Positions 17,767-28,539 of a stretch of 64,000 bases of DNA are shown in pieces. Source of the stretch: Vicinamibacteria bacterium. Its GTDB lineage: Bacteria > Acidobacteriota > Vicinamibacteria > Fen-336. Positions within the stretch are counted from its first letter, which is position 1. Every line of letters starts with the position of its first letter. The position numbers and the translations under genes were made by a program. The notes below the pieces were generated by a model. It did not search any database, was not told the DNA's origin, and saw only the letters and a list, made by a program, of their open reading frames with translations. Location: assembly GCA_041493035.1 (NCBI GenBank), contig JBGPYB010000001.1, positions 22,999 to 86,998 of the forward strand, read 5' to 3'.

Positions 17767-19547
17767 TGGCCTTTCCCGACAGCTTCGTCGACGAGGTCCG
17801 GCGGACGGCCGACATCGTGCGCTTCATCTCCGACCACGTCAGCCTGAAGAAGGCTGGGGTCTCCTGGAAGGGGCTCTGCCCTTTCCATCAGGAGAAGACG
17901 CCCTCTTTCAACGTTCGATCGGAGCCTCCCCTCTTCCACTGTTTCGGCTGCGGTGAGGGCGGGGACGTCTTCAAGTTCGTGATGCTCCGTGAACGTGCGA
18001 GCTTCCCCGAAGCCGTGGAGGTCGTGGCGCGTCGTTTTGGGATCGCGGTTCCCGAGAACCGCTACGAGATGGGGCCCGACCGCAAGGAGCGTGAGGAGAT
18101 CCTCGCCCTCATGGAGGCCGCCACCGATCACTTTGGCCGTTGTCTCTGGACGGCTCCCGGAACGCGGGCGCGCGACTACCTTCTCGGCCGCGGCTTCAAG
18201 AAGGAGACGCTGGAGCGGATCCGCGCCGGCGCGGCTCCCGACGCCTGGAGCAGCCTCTTCGACGCCCTGCGCCGCAAGTTCTCGGAGGCCACGCTGCAGA
18301 TCGCGGGCCTCGTGATCGCAAAGCCGGAGACCAAGAGCTACTACGACCGCTTCCGCAACCGCGCGATCTTCCCGATCTTGAACGAATCGGGGAAGGTGGT
18401 GGCCTTCGGCGCTCGAAGCCTCGACGGCTCGGAACCCAAGTACCTGAACTCTCCCGAGACGCCCGTCTACCAGAAGAGCCGCGTCCTCTACGGCCTCTCG
18501 TGGGCGCGCGACCCGATCCGGCAGCAGGGTCACGCCGTGCTGATGGAGGGGTATCTCGATGTCGCTCGGGCGCTCGAAGCGGGGGTCGGCGAAGCCGTTG
18601 CGACCTGCGGCACCGCCATGACGTCGGCCCACGCCCGGCTCCTGCACCGCTTCACCGAGAAGATCGTCGTGAACTTCGATCAGGACGAGGCCGGCCAGAA
18701 GGCCGCGCGCAAGAGCCTCGACATCCTCGTGGCAGAGGGGCTCGCGGTCCATATCGTGGAGCTGCCCGAGGGAGAAGACCCGGACACCTATCTGAAGGCG
18801 TTCGGGGCCGAGGCATACCGCGAGCGGCTGGGCCAGGCGCCTCCCTACATGGAGTGGCTGATCCGGCGCGCGGCAGCGCAGCACGACACGCGGACGCCCG
18901 CCGGGAAGGCCGCCTACATCGAGGCTCTGCTGCCGTCCCTTGTGGCCATCGAGAGCGCCGTCGAGCGGGCCGCCTGGCTGGAGGCGTTGGCGGAACGAGG
19001 CGGTCTCGACGAAGCAGCGGCGCGGGACGAGCTGCGCCGAGCCATGAGCGGGCGACCGGCACTACCGGCTCGGCCCACAGAGTCCGCCCCCTCGACCAAC
19101 ACTCGACCCACGCTGGCCCTGCAACCCGCCGAGAAGTTGCTCCTGGCCCTGATCGTGCGCGAATCGGAAGGGGTCGAGGAAGCGCTTAGGGAGCTGTCCG
19201 ACGCCGACCTGGCGGGCCTCGGCAGCGCCGAGCTGCTGCAAGGGGTGAGGGCACTCATCCTGCGTGGCGAGCGCGTGACGGCGTCGTCACTGGACGCCGA
19301 GATCACGAGCGACGAATCGCGACGGTTCCTCACGCAGACCGCCGTCGAAGAGGTTCCCACGGGCGACGCGACGCCGATGAGGTGCGTGCTGGAGATCAAG
19401 TGCTGGCCGTTGGAAGCCCGGATCTCCGAGATTCAGAGACAGCTTCCGAAGGCCGAAGACGAGAACCTGAATATGCTCTTCCGGGAGCAGCTCAGCCTGA
19501 AACAACAGATTGCAGACCTGTCCCGTTCCATAGCGGCAAGCGACTAG
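17766..19547 (+). CDS. dnaG: DNA primase DnaG
   Basis: Zinc ribbon [22 protein letters not shown] and TOPRIM ([17 protein letters not shown]). The ATG overlaps the mutS2 stop. Confidence 0.9.
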   Translation: MAFPDSFVDEVRRTADIVRFISDHVSLKKAGVSWKGLCPFHQEKTPSFNVRSEPPLFHCFGCGEGGDVFKFVMLRERASFPEAVEVVARRFGIAVPENRYEMGPDRKEREEILALMEAATDHFGRCLWTAPGTRARDYLLGRGFKKETLERIRAGAAPDAWSSLFDALRRKFSEATLQIAGLVIAKPETKSYYDRFRNRAIFPILNESGKVVAFGARSLDGSEPKYLNSPETPVYQKSRVLYGLSWARDPIRQQGHAVLMEGYLDVARALEAGVGEAVATCGTAMTSAHARLLHRFTEKIVVNFDQDEAGQKAARKSLDILVAEGLAVHIVELPEGEDPDTYLKAFGAEAYRERLGQAPPYMEWLIRRAAAQHDTRTPAGKAAYIEALLPSLVAIESAVERAAWLEALAERGGLDEAAARDELRRAMSGRPALPARPTESAPSTNTRPTLALQPAEKLLLALIVRESEGVEEALRELSDADLAGLGSAELLQGVRALILRGERVTASSLDAEITSDESRRFLTQTAVEEVPTGDATPMRCVLEIKCWPLEARISEIQRQLPKAEDENLNMLFREQLSLKQQIADLSRSIAASD

Positions 19548-19569
19548 AGCGCGAGGAGAGAAAGATCCC

Positions 19570-21240
<1,671 letters not shown>

Positions 21241-21267
21241 ACGGGCTGGGCGTCCCAATCCCACGTT

Positions 21268-21289
21268 CTTGACGCCGCGCGGCGTCAAG
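21268..21289 (+). terminator. Hairpin 28 nt downstream of the rpoD stop (possible terminator without U-tract)
   Basis: CTTGACGCC-gcgc-GGCGTCAAG: perfect 9-bp stem with a 4-nt loop. No T-run follows, so function is uncertain. Confidence 0.35.
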
Positions 21290-21357
21290 CCGATGAGGCT
21301 TGCCGCCCGCTTCCGTCACAGACCCTGGGCCGAGGCCAGGAAAGGCTCCTCATGACT

Positions 21358-21388
21358 TGCAATACAGAAGGCGGCCTTCTATATTGCA
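21358..21388. promoter_or_regulatory. AT-rich 15-1-15 inverted repeat abutting the start codon of the DUF4143 ATPase gene
   Basis: TGCAATAcAGAAGGC g GCCTTCTaTATTGCA, with one mismatch between the arms. It ends 4 nt before ATG 21392 and is markedly lower in GC than its surroundings. Confidence 0.3.
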
Positions 21389-21391
21389 TGG

Positions 21392-22573
21392 ATGGTGATC
21401 CGCGGTTATCGGACCTCGCTGAAGGGCCTCCTGCGGCGGTTTCCCGCCGTCACGATCCTGGGCCCCCGCCAATGCGGCAAGACCACCTTCATCCGCCAGG
21501 CGCTGCCGGGCTGGACCTATCTCGATCTGGAGAGGCCCCGAGATCTTGCTCCCCTGATGGCCGATCCCGAAGCGCGCCTCGAACAGCTGGGCGACCGGGT
21601 CATCCTCGACGAAGCCCAACGGGCGCCGGAGCTGTTCCCCGTGCTGCGCGGCCTGATCGACCGCCGGCGCGGCGTCAAGAGCCGCTTCGTGCTCCTGGGA
21701 TCCGCTTCGCCCGCTCTCGTGCGCGGCATTTCGGAAAGCCTGGCCGGCCGGACCGCTTTCCTCGACCTGCCTCCGTTTCGCTGGGACGAGGTCCGTCGGC
21801 GGCGCCCCAGGGAGGATCTGGCCGCTCTCTGGTTCCGCGGTGCCTTTCCCGAGGCCTATCTCGAAAGGAGCGACGGAAGGCGCGCGGACTGGTTCGAGGC
21901 CTACACCCGGGCCTTCATCGAGCGGGACCTGCCCGGCCTCGGCATCGACGTGTCGGCTCCGCAGATGCGCAGACTCTGGATGATGCTCGCGCACGTGAAC
22001 GGGGGGCTCTGGAACGCCTCCAGCGTGGCCGCGGCCCTGGGCACGAGCTACCACACGGTCAACCGGTACGTCGAGATTCTCGAGCAGACCTTCCTTCTCC
22101 GGAGGCTGCCGCCTTTCTTCGCCAACATCGGGAAGCGGCTGGTGAAGAGCCCGAAGGTCTACTTCCGGGACACGGGTCTCCTGCACCACTTCCTCGGCAT
22201 CCCCTCCCTCTCCGCCCTCGACACCCATCCCGGCCGCGGCACGAGCTTCGAGGCCTTCGTCATCGATCAGGTCGTCGCCGCGTACAAGCGCGTGGCGCCC
22301 AATAGCCAGCCGTACTTCTGGCGCACGGCGCAGGGAGACGAGGTGGACCTCCTCATCGACCTGGGTTCGCGGCGCATTCCTTTCGAGATCAAGCTGCACT
22401 CGGCTCCCGCCGGGGAGGACGTGCCCGGCCTGAGGCGGTGCCTGCGCGACCTCGGTCTGTCTCGCGGCTACGTCCTCTATCCTGGTCGCGAACGCTATTC
22501 ACTGGGGGAAGGAGTAGTCGCCCTTCCGGCGGAGTCGACCCTCGCTCGACCCGGCGAGTTGGCCCGGCTGTAG
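21392..22573 (+). CDS. AAA-type ATPase with C-terminal DUF4143-like domain
   Basis: Walker A ILGPRQCGKTT and Walker B-like VILDEAQ. The overall layout matches the common ATP-binding protein/DUF4143 family. Confidence 0.75.
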   Translation: MVIRGYRTSLKGLLRRFPAVTILGPRQCGKTTFIRQALPGWTYLDLERPRDLAPLMADPEARLEQLGDRVILDEAQRAPELFPVLRGLIDRRRGVKSRFVLLGSASPALVRGISESLAGRTAFLDLPPFRWDEVRRRRPREDLAALWFRGAFPEAYLERSDGRRADWFEAYTRAFIERDLPGLGIDVSAPQMRRLWMMLAHVNGGLWNASSVAAALGTSYHTVNRYVEILEQTFLLRRLPPFFANIGKRLVKSPKVYFRDTGLLHHFLGIPSLSALDTHPGRGTSFEAFVIDQVVAAYKRVAPNSQPYFWRTAQGDEVDLLIDLGSRRIPFEIKLHSAPAGEDVPGLRRCLRDLGLSRGYVLYPGRERYSLGEGVVALPAESTLARPGELARL

Positions 22574-22823
22574 AGCGATTCGGCTACAGCTGGGAGCCGA
22601 GGACTACGCCTACCTCGGCACGGTCCTGCACTGCATCCCGGCCGCCGCGACTGGGGGGCGTGATGGATGCCTCTGAGATCTGCCATTCCCGGGGGCACGC
22701 CGGCGAGGACCCGTGCAAAGAGTCTATTGACTTCCGCGACCGCGGGAGCAGAATCGGTGTTACGTGCGCCGTTCCGCCGGAGGCTCGAGCCCCCGGCCCC
22801 AAAACCTCCAGCAGGTGGAGCCA

Positions 22824-23444
22824 ATGGCCAGGAAACCCTCCCCCCCCACCGACGGGGACGTGACTACCGCGTTCTCGCGCCGCAGCTTCCTCAAGACGGC
22901 CGGCGTGGGCGCCGCCGCCACCACCATGGTGGGGGTCGGCGCGAAGAGTCAGGCCGCCCAGGTCCTCGGTCCCGACGCTGTCACCCTCAGCCTGAAGGTG
23001 AACGGCGCGGTCCAAAGAGTCACCGTCGAGCCGCGGGTGACTGTGCTCGACGCCCTCCGCAACCACCTCGACCTGACCGGCGCCAAGCAGGTCTGCGACC
23101 GAGGTAGCTGCGGGGCGTGCACCGTGCTCTTCGACGGCCAGCCCGTGAACTCGTGCATGCTCCTCGCGGCCGACGCCGAGGGCCACGAGATCACGACCGT
23201 CGAGGGCCTCGGGACCCCGGAAAAGTTGAGCCCCCTGCAGGCCGCCTTCGTCGAGAAGGACGCCCTGCAGTGCGGCTTCTGCACTCCGGGCTTCGTGGTG
23301 TCTGGCACCGCGCTCCTCGCGAGGACTCCCAACCCGACGCTCGACCAGATCAAGGCCGGCCTCGCCGGCAACCTCTGCCGGTGCGGCACCTACGGCCGGG
23401 TGTTCGAGGCCGTCCAAGCCGCCGCCAAGGCGAAGAGGGGGTAG
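22824..23444 (+). CDS. Molybdenum hydroxylase (xanthine dehydrogenase family) 2Fe-2S subunit with TAT signal
   Basis: Internal ATG 22824 follows GGTGGAG. Twin-arginine motif SRRSFLKTAGVGAAA. Two [2Fe-2S] motifs (CDRGSCGACTV; CGFCTPG...CRCGTY). Confidence 0.85.
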   Translation: MARKPSPPTDGDVTTAFSRRSFLKTAGVGAAATTMVGVGAKSQAAQVLGPDAVTLSLKVNGAVQRVTVEPRVTVLDALRNHLDLTGAKQVCDRGSCGACTVLFDGQPVNSCMLLAADAEGHEITTVEGLGTPEKLSPLQAAFVEKDALQCGFCTPGFVVSGTALLARTPNPTLDQIKAGLAGNLCRCGTYGRVFEAVQAAAKAKRG

Positions 23445-23447
23445 GCC

Positions 23448-25775
23448 ATGGCACAAGAAGAGAAGGCCAAGGAACCCGCCGTCACCTTTATCGCCAAGGC
23501 CGGTCTCATTGCCGACCCGAAGTCCATGGAGATCCACGCCGGCGTCGGCGACGTCAAGCCCTGGGATGCCGACAGCTGGCCTCGGTTCGAGCAGATGGGC
23601 AAGCCCCGCCCGCGGGTCGAGGGGCCCCTCAAGGTCACGGGCCGCGCCAGGTACACCTACGACGTGAGGCTGCCGGGCATGCTCTACGGCCGGATGGTCG
23701 GCGCGGAAGTCCCGGCCGGCGAAATTCTCTCGATCGACACCTCCAAGGCGGAGGTGCTGCCCGGCGTGAAAGCCGTCTGGACGACCGACTCGCGCACCGT
23801 CCGCTTCGCGGGGCAGGACGTGGCCGCTGTGGCCGCGGTCTCGCCCGAGATCGCCATGGACGCCGCCCGGCTCGTGAAGGTCGCCTACAAGGAGAGGCCG
23901 TTCACCCACGAGCTGCGCGCGGCGATGGAAGGCGATGCGCCGCTCGTCTACGACCTCGACAAGAGCCCGGTGGGACCGGGTGTCCCCCGCAAGGGCAACG
24001 TGTTCGGCCCCTCCCCAGGCCCGGCCGGGCGCGGCGACGTCGAGAAAGGCCTGGCCGAGGCCGAGGTGGTCCACGAGGGGACCTACTACTGCCCGGTGCA
24101 CACCCACTCCTGCCTCGAGACCCACGGCGTCGTGGCCTCGTGGGAGGGCGACCAGCTCACCGTTCACGCCTCGACCCAGGGGCTCTTCGCGGTGCGCGAG
24201 GGCATCGCCGAAGCGCTCGGGATCGACCGCAAGAACGTGCGGGTGCTCTGCGAGCACATGGGCGGCGGCTTCGGCAGCAAGCTCGGCCCCTCCGCGACCG
24301 GCAGCGCCTTCGCCATGGTCGCTTGCCGGCTCGCGAAGAGGGCCGGGGCGCCGGTCAAGCTGATGCTCGACCGGAAGCAGGAGCAGCTGTGCACGGGCAA
24401 CGCCCCGAGCGCTCTCATGACCGTCAAGGTGGGCGCGAAGAAGGACGGGACCATCACCGCCGTGCACTACATCTCCTACGGTTCGGCCGGCGTCGCGGGC
24501 GGGGCGGGGACGGCGGGTCCGGCCGGCTCGCTCCACGGCAAGAACCCGAACCTGAAGGTCGAGGGGTACGACGTCTTCACGAATGCGGGCCCGGCGGCGC
24601 CGCTGCGCGCCCCCGGCCACTCGCAGGGGGCCTTCGGCATCGAATCGGCGGTGGACGAGCTGGCCGACAAGCTCGGGATGGACCCCCTCGAGCTACGGAA
24701 GAAGAACGAGGCAAGTCCCGTCCGCCTGGCCGAGTACGACCCCGGCGCCAAGGAGATCGGCTGGGAGCGCCGCAACAAGAAGGCCGGCGACATGTCCTCC
24801 GGAGGCCTCGGCCCCGCGCGGGGCGCGAAGAAGCGCGGCATCGGCATGGCCAACGGGAACTGGTACGTGTTCGCGTCCCAGAACTCGAACGCCCAGGTGA
24901 GGGTCCACCGCGACGGCTCGGTGGAGGTCGTCACCGGTTGTCAGGACATCGGCACTGGCTACCGCACCGCGATGATGGTGGTGGCGGCCGAGGAGCTCGG
25001 CATAGCACCCGCGGACGTCACCATGCGCCTGGGCGACACGCAGTTCCCCGAGGGGCCCTCCTCCGGCGGCAGCGTGACCACCAACTCGATGGCTCCGGTC
25101 GTCCGGCTCGCCGCGCACGAGGCCCGCACCAAGCTGTTCGCCCTCGCCGCGCCACTCCTCGGCGTGATGACCGAGGATCTCGACGCCGCGAACGGGAAGA
25201 TCTTCGTGGCGAAGGACCCGACCAAGTCCGTCACTTTCAAGCAGGCCGCGGCGAAGATGTCGGGCGAGACGATCGACTGCCTGGCGAAGCGCAGCAAGCA
25301 GTACGAGACCTTCCGGGGCGACCTCGCGGGCACCCAGTTCGCCGAGGTCGAGGTGGACACCGAGACCGGCGAGGTGCGGGTCGTCAAAATGGTGTCGGTG
25401 AACGACTGCGGGTTCCCGGTGAACCCTCTCACCGTGGAGAGCCAGGTCATCGGAGCGATGATCCAGGGCGCGTCGTGGGCGCTCCTCGAGAACCGCATCC
25501 TCGACCGCAACATGGGCACGATGGTGAACCCCAACCTCGAGTGGTACAAGATCCTCGGCCCCGCCGACATGTTCGAGGCGAAGTCGATCCTCATCCCCGT
25601 CGCCAACCTCGGCAACAACACCTCGGTCGCCGGCATCGGCGAGCCGCCGATCGTGCCCACCCTCGCGGCGATCGCGAACGCCGTCCACAACGCGATCGGC
25701 GTCCGCATCCGCGAGCTGCCCATCACCCCCGACCGGGTCCTCGCCGCCTTGGCCGAAGCGAGGAGGAGGGCCTAG
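23448..25775 (+). CDS. Molybdenum hydroxylase large (molybdopterin-binding) subunit
   Basis: 775 aa. a/b-hammerhead plus Moco-binding motifs (GGGFGSK, QGLFAVREG, GIGEPPIVPT). Confidence 0.9.
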   Translation: MAQEEKAKEPAVTFIAKAGLIADPKSMEIHAGVGDVKPWDADSWPRFEQMGKPRPRVEGPLKVTGRARYTYDVRLPGMLYGRMVGAEVPAGEILSIDTSKAEVLPGVKAVWTTDSRTVRFAGQDVAAVAAVSPEIAMDAARLVKVAYKERPFTHELRAAMEGDAPLVYDLDKSPVGPGVPRKGNVFGPSPGPAGRGDVEKGLAEAEVVHEGTYYCPVHTHSCLETHGVVASWEGDQLTVHASTQGLFAVREGIAEALGIDRKNVRVLCEHMGGGFGSKLGPSATGSAFAMVACRLAKRAGAPVKLMLDRKQEQLCTGNAPSALMTVKVGAKKDGTITAVHYISYGSAGVAGGAGTAGPAGSLHGKNPNLKVEGYDVFTNAGPAAPLRAPGHSQGAFGIESAVDELADKLGMDPLELRKKNEASPVRLAEYDPGAKEIGWERRNKKAGDMSSGGLGPARGAKKRGIGMANGNWYVFASQNSNAQVRVHRDGSVEVVTGCQDIGTGYRTAMMVVAAEELGIAPADVTMRLGDTQFPEGPSSGGSVTTNSMAPVVRLAAHEARTKLFALAAPLLGVMTEDLDAANGKIFVAKDPTKSVTFKQAAAKMSGETIDCLAKRSKQYETFRGDLAGTQFAEVEVDTETGEVRVVKMVSVNDCGFPVNPLTVESQVIGAMIQGASWALLENRILDRNMGTMVNPNLEWYKILGPADMFEAKSILIPVANLGNNTSVAGIGEPPIVPTLAAIANAVHNAIGVRIRELPITPDRVLAALAEARRRA

Positions 25776-25777
25776 CC

Positions 25778-26749
25778 ATGAACCGCTTCGAGCTTGCCCG
25801 CGCCACGAGCGCCGCCCAGGCCCGTGAGCTTCTCGCCGAGAAGGCGGGCAGCGTCTTCAAGGCGGGCGGCATCGACCTCGTCGATCACCTGAAGGAGTAC
25901 CTCATCGAGCCGCCGCGGGTCGTGGACCTGAAGACGATCCCCGGCCTCGACCGGATCGTCGTCGACTCCGACGGCTCGCTCCGCATCGGCACCCTCGCGA
26001 CGCTCGCCAAGGTGGCGGCGCACGAGGGGATCCGCAAGACCCACCCCGCTCTCGCGCGCGCGTGCGGAGTGGCCGCCTCGCCCCAGGTGAGGAATGTGGC
26101 GACGATCGGCGGCAACGTTCTGCAGCGCCCGCGGTGCTGGTACTACCGCCTCGAGTCGTACAGGTGCCAGAAGAAGGGCGGCGACGTCTGCTTCGCGGTG
26201 GCCGGCGAGAACCGCTACCACGTGATTTTCGGCGGCGGGCCCGTCTATGCCCCGCACCCGTCGAACGCGGCGGTGCCGCTCTTGGCCTACGGGGCTTCGT
26301 TCGTCCTCGACGGGCCCAAGGGCGCGCGCACGGTGCCGGCGGGAGAGTTCTTCGTTCTGCCCGCCAACGACCCGACGCGCGAGAACGTGCTCCAGCCGGG
26401 CGAGGTGCTGCTCGAGCTCCGCGTCCCCGCGACGAAGGGCGGGAAGTCGGCCTACTACGAGGTGCGTGAGCGCGCGGACTTCGACTGGCCCCTGGTCTCC
26501 GCCGCCATCGCGGTCAAGACCGAGGGCGGGATCGTGAGGGAAGCCCGTGTCGTCCTCGGCCAGGTGGCCACGATCCCGTGGCGCTCGGCCGCGGCCGAGA
26601 AGGCCCTCGTGGGCAAGCCCGTCGGCGCCGCGAGCGCCGAGGCCGCGGGCAAGGCCGCGGTCGAGGGGGCCGAGCCGATGACCGACAACTCCTACAAGGT
26701 CGACCTGGTGACGACGCTCGTGCGCCGCACGGTCGCGTCTCTCGCGTGA
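25778..26749 (+). CDS. Molybdenum hydroxylase FAD-binding subunit (CoxM/PaoB-like)
   Basis: ATG 25778 lies in the frame of the 23117..26749 ORF. FKAGGIDLVDHLK, ATIGGNV and a C-terminal CO-dehydrogenase-flavoprotein-like domain. Confidence 0.85.
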   Translation: MNRFELARATSAAQARELLAEKAGSVFKAGGIDLVDHLKEYLIEPPRVVDLKTIPGLDRIVVDSDGSLRIGTLATLAKVAAHEGIRKTHPALARACGVAASPQVRNVATIGGNVLQRPRCWYYRLESYRCQKKGGDVCFAVAGENRYHVIFGGGPVYAPHPSNAAVPLLAYGASFVLDGPKGARTVPAGEFFVLPANDPTRENVLQPGEVLLELRVPATKGGKSAYYEVRERADFDWPLVSAAIAVKTEGGIVREARVVLGQVATIPWRSAAAEKALVGKPVGAASAEAAGKAAVEGAEPMTDNSYKVDLVTTLVRRTVASLA

Positions 26750-26757
26750 GGACCGCC

Positions 26758-26970
26758 ATGGAAAACCGCGAACTCGCCTCCATCCCGGTCTGCCGCCGGC
26801 TGCGGACCCGGATGTACTACGTGGTCGGGCGCGACCACGTGGACTTGCGCGTCTCCTCGCCCAACGCCCAGTATTGGTGCTCGCGCACGACCACGGTCAT
26901 GGGGCCGGACGAGGTACCCTGCAACCCGGAGACGTGCCAGCCGCAGCGGGGGTGCTTCGAGACGGAGTAG
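26758..26970 (+). CDS. Small (70 aa) five-Cys protein of unknown function, coupled to the Mo-hydroxylase operon
   Basis: ATG 26758 lies 9 nt after the upstream stop, with GAGGA 5 nt upstream. Sequence: MENRELASIPVCRRLRTRMYY...YWCSRTTTVMGPDEVPCNPETCQPQRGCFETE. Confidence 0.5.
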   Translation: MENRELASIPVCRRLRTRMYYVVGRDHVDLRVSSPNAQYWCSRTTTVMGPDEVPCNPETCQPQRGCFETE

Positions 26971-26978
26971 GTGTGCTG

Positions 26979-27005
26979 GAAAGAGCTGCCGCAGGCCTCT
27001 TTTCA
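26979..27005. terminator. Possible bidirectional hairpin between convergent genes
   Basis: AAAGAG-ct-GCC-gca-GGC-CTCTTT followed by TTC. It sits between the small Cys ORF stop (26970) and the YcaQ stop (27003). The stem is imperfect. Confidence 0.3.
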
Positions 27006-28286
27006 GCGGCGGCCTTTCACCGCGCGCTTGAGGGCTGGGCCCAGCGCCACCGGTGTCACGCGTCCCACGGTGACGTCTTCGGCGCCGACGAACGCCGCCA
27101 GCGATCTGAGCGCCTCGCCGACGCCCGCGAGGGCGGCGCCCTGGTCCACGGCTTCCCAGGAGGCGGCGGGAGGGGCGGCCCCCTTCGCGAACCAGGGCTC
27201 GAAGTGGACCGCCTTCACCTCCAGCCGCTTCTCGGCGCGGTGGGTCTTGGGATCGAGGCGGCCGATGAGCTGGCCGTCGTGGAACATCGGCAGCGAGTAG
27301 TAGCCGTGCACCCGCTTGGGACCGGGCGTGTAGACCTCGAGGGTGTAGTCGTAGCCAAACAGCTGGCGCGTGCGTTCGCGATGCCAGAGGAACGAATCGA
27401 AGGGCGAAAGGAGCGTGGTGCCCGTGGCAGCTCGGCGCTTTCGATGGGCCGCGGCCAGAGCGGGCAGGTCCTCGGCGAGAGCCAGCCAAAGGCCGCGCGC
27501 ACCTCTGACCTCGACTTCGACGATCTCGCCCGAACCCAGCGCCGCGCACAGGGCGTGGCGCCTTTCGCTCGCGGCGGTGCGCGGATAGGTGAGGTACATG
27601 CGCAGGTCGCTTTCGCTCGCGGCTCCCATGGCGCGGAGCGACTGCCGCAGGTGCCACCGGCGGAACCCCGCAAGCGTGAGGGGCTCCCGGGCCAAGGCTT
27701 CGGGCATCATCCGCTCGGTGAGATCGAAGCGCTTCTGGAAGTGCCTGCGCGAATGGACCAAGGTGCGGCCGCTCATCCAGAGGAAGTCGAGCGCGTGCGC
27801 GGCGGGCTTCCAGTTCCACCATCCCCCGGCCGAGCTGGGCGCTCGACGGTGCTCAAAGTCGGCGCCGCCCATCGGGCCGTTGGTGGTGATCGCCTCCTCG
27901 ACCGCCCGCAAGACGGCGCGGTTCTTCTTGAGCCACTTGCCCCAGGCTCGACTACGGAGCGAGTAGTCGAGCATCACCCGTCGCCAGGCCGGGAAGTGCG
28001 AGGCGGGCACCAGGCAGGCGGCGTGGGCCCAGTACTCGAACAGCAACCGCCGGCGGTAGGCGATCCGCTCGACCGTCCGGCGCTCGTACGGCCCGAAGCG
28101 GCTCCACAGGGTGAGGTGGTGGCCGCGCTCGACCACGTTGATCGAATCGAGCTGAAGGCCCCCTACATCCTCCACAAAGGCCAAGAGCGACCGGGCGGTG
28201 AGGCGCCGGGTCCTCGGCCGGGCGAGGTGCTGGCGGGCTATGAACAGCGCGGCGACGGCGCGTTGACTGAAGACCGGCGGGGCCAT
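27003..28286 (-). CDS. YcaQ/AlkZ-like winged-helix DNA glycosylase (interstrand crosslink repair family)
   Basis: N-terminal RQHLARP...VGGLQLDSINVVERGHHLTLWSRF...LFEYWAHAACLVP and C-terminal YTPGPKRVHGYYSLP, both typical of the family. Confidence 0.8.
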   Translation of the reverse strand: MAPPVFSQRAVAALFIARQHLARPRTRRLTARSLLAFVEDVGGLQLDSINVVERGHHLTLWSRFGPYERRTVERIAYRRRLLFEYWAHAACLVPASHFPAWRRVMLDYSLRSRAWGKWLKKNRAVLRAVEEAITTNGPMGGADFEHRRAPSSAGGWWNWKPAAHALDFLWMSGRTLVHSRRHFQKRFDLTERMMPEALAREPLTLAGFRRWHLRQSLRAMGAASESDLRMYLTYPRTAASERRHALCAALGSGEIVEVEVRGARGLWLALAEDLPALAAAHRKRRAATGTTLLSPFDSFLWHRERTRQLFGYDYTLEVYTPGPKRVHGYYSLPMFHDGQLIGRLDPKTHRAEKRLEVKAVHFEPWFAKGAAPPAASWEAVDQGAALAGVGEALRSLAAFVGAEDVTVGRVTPVALGPALKRAVKGRR

Positions 28287-28539
28287 GGGTCGGGGGCTCG
28301 GGTTGGACCTCGCGCAATCCTAACCCCTGGAGCCGCAAACCCGAGATCGTGCGCGATCGCCCGCGGTCGGGCTGGCCAGGCCACCCCGAGCATTGACGCC
28401 CCGCGTCGGAAGGCCGTAGGCTCGCGCCCGAGTGTTTCTCTTTTGACACGACGTCAAAGAGGCGGCTACTCTGCCGCCGCACGCCTGCAAGAGACGGACG
28501 AACCAAGCGGAATCGCGGCGAACCGTCCAGGAGAACTCG

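Noticed and set aside
23117-25777. The 1210-aa ORF 23117..26749 read as one giant protein
   Set aside because: Only the last 323 codons (from ATG 25778) carry FAD-subunit motifs. The upstream part is the +2 frame of the FeS and Moco subunit genes and is Arg/Gly/Pro-rich nonsense.
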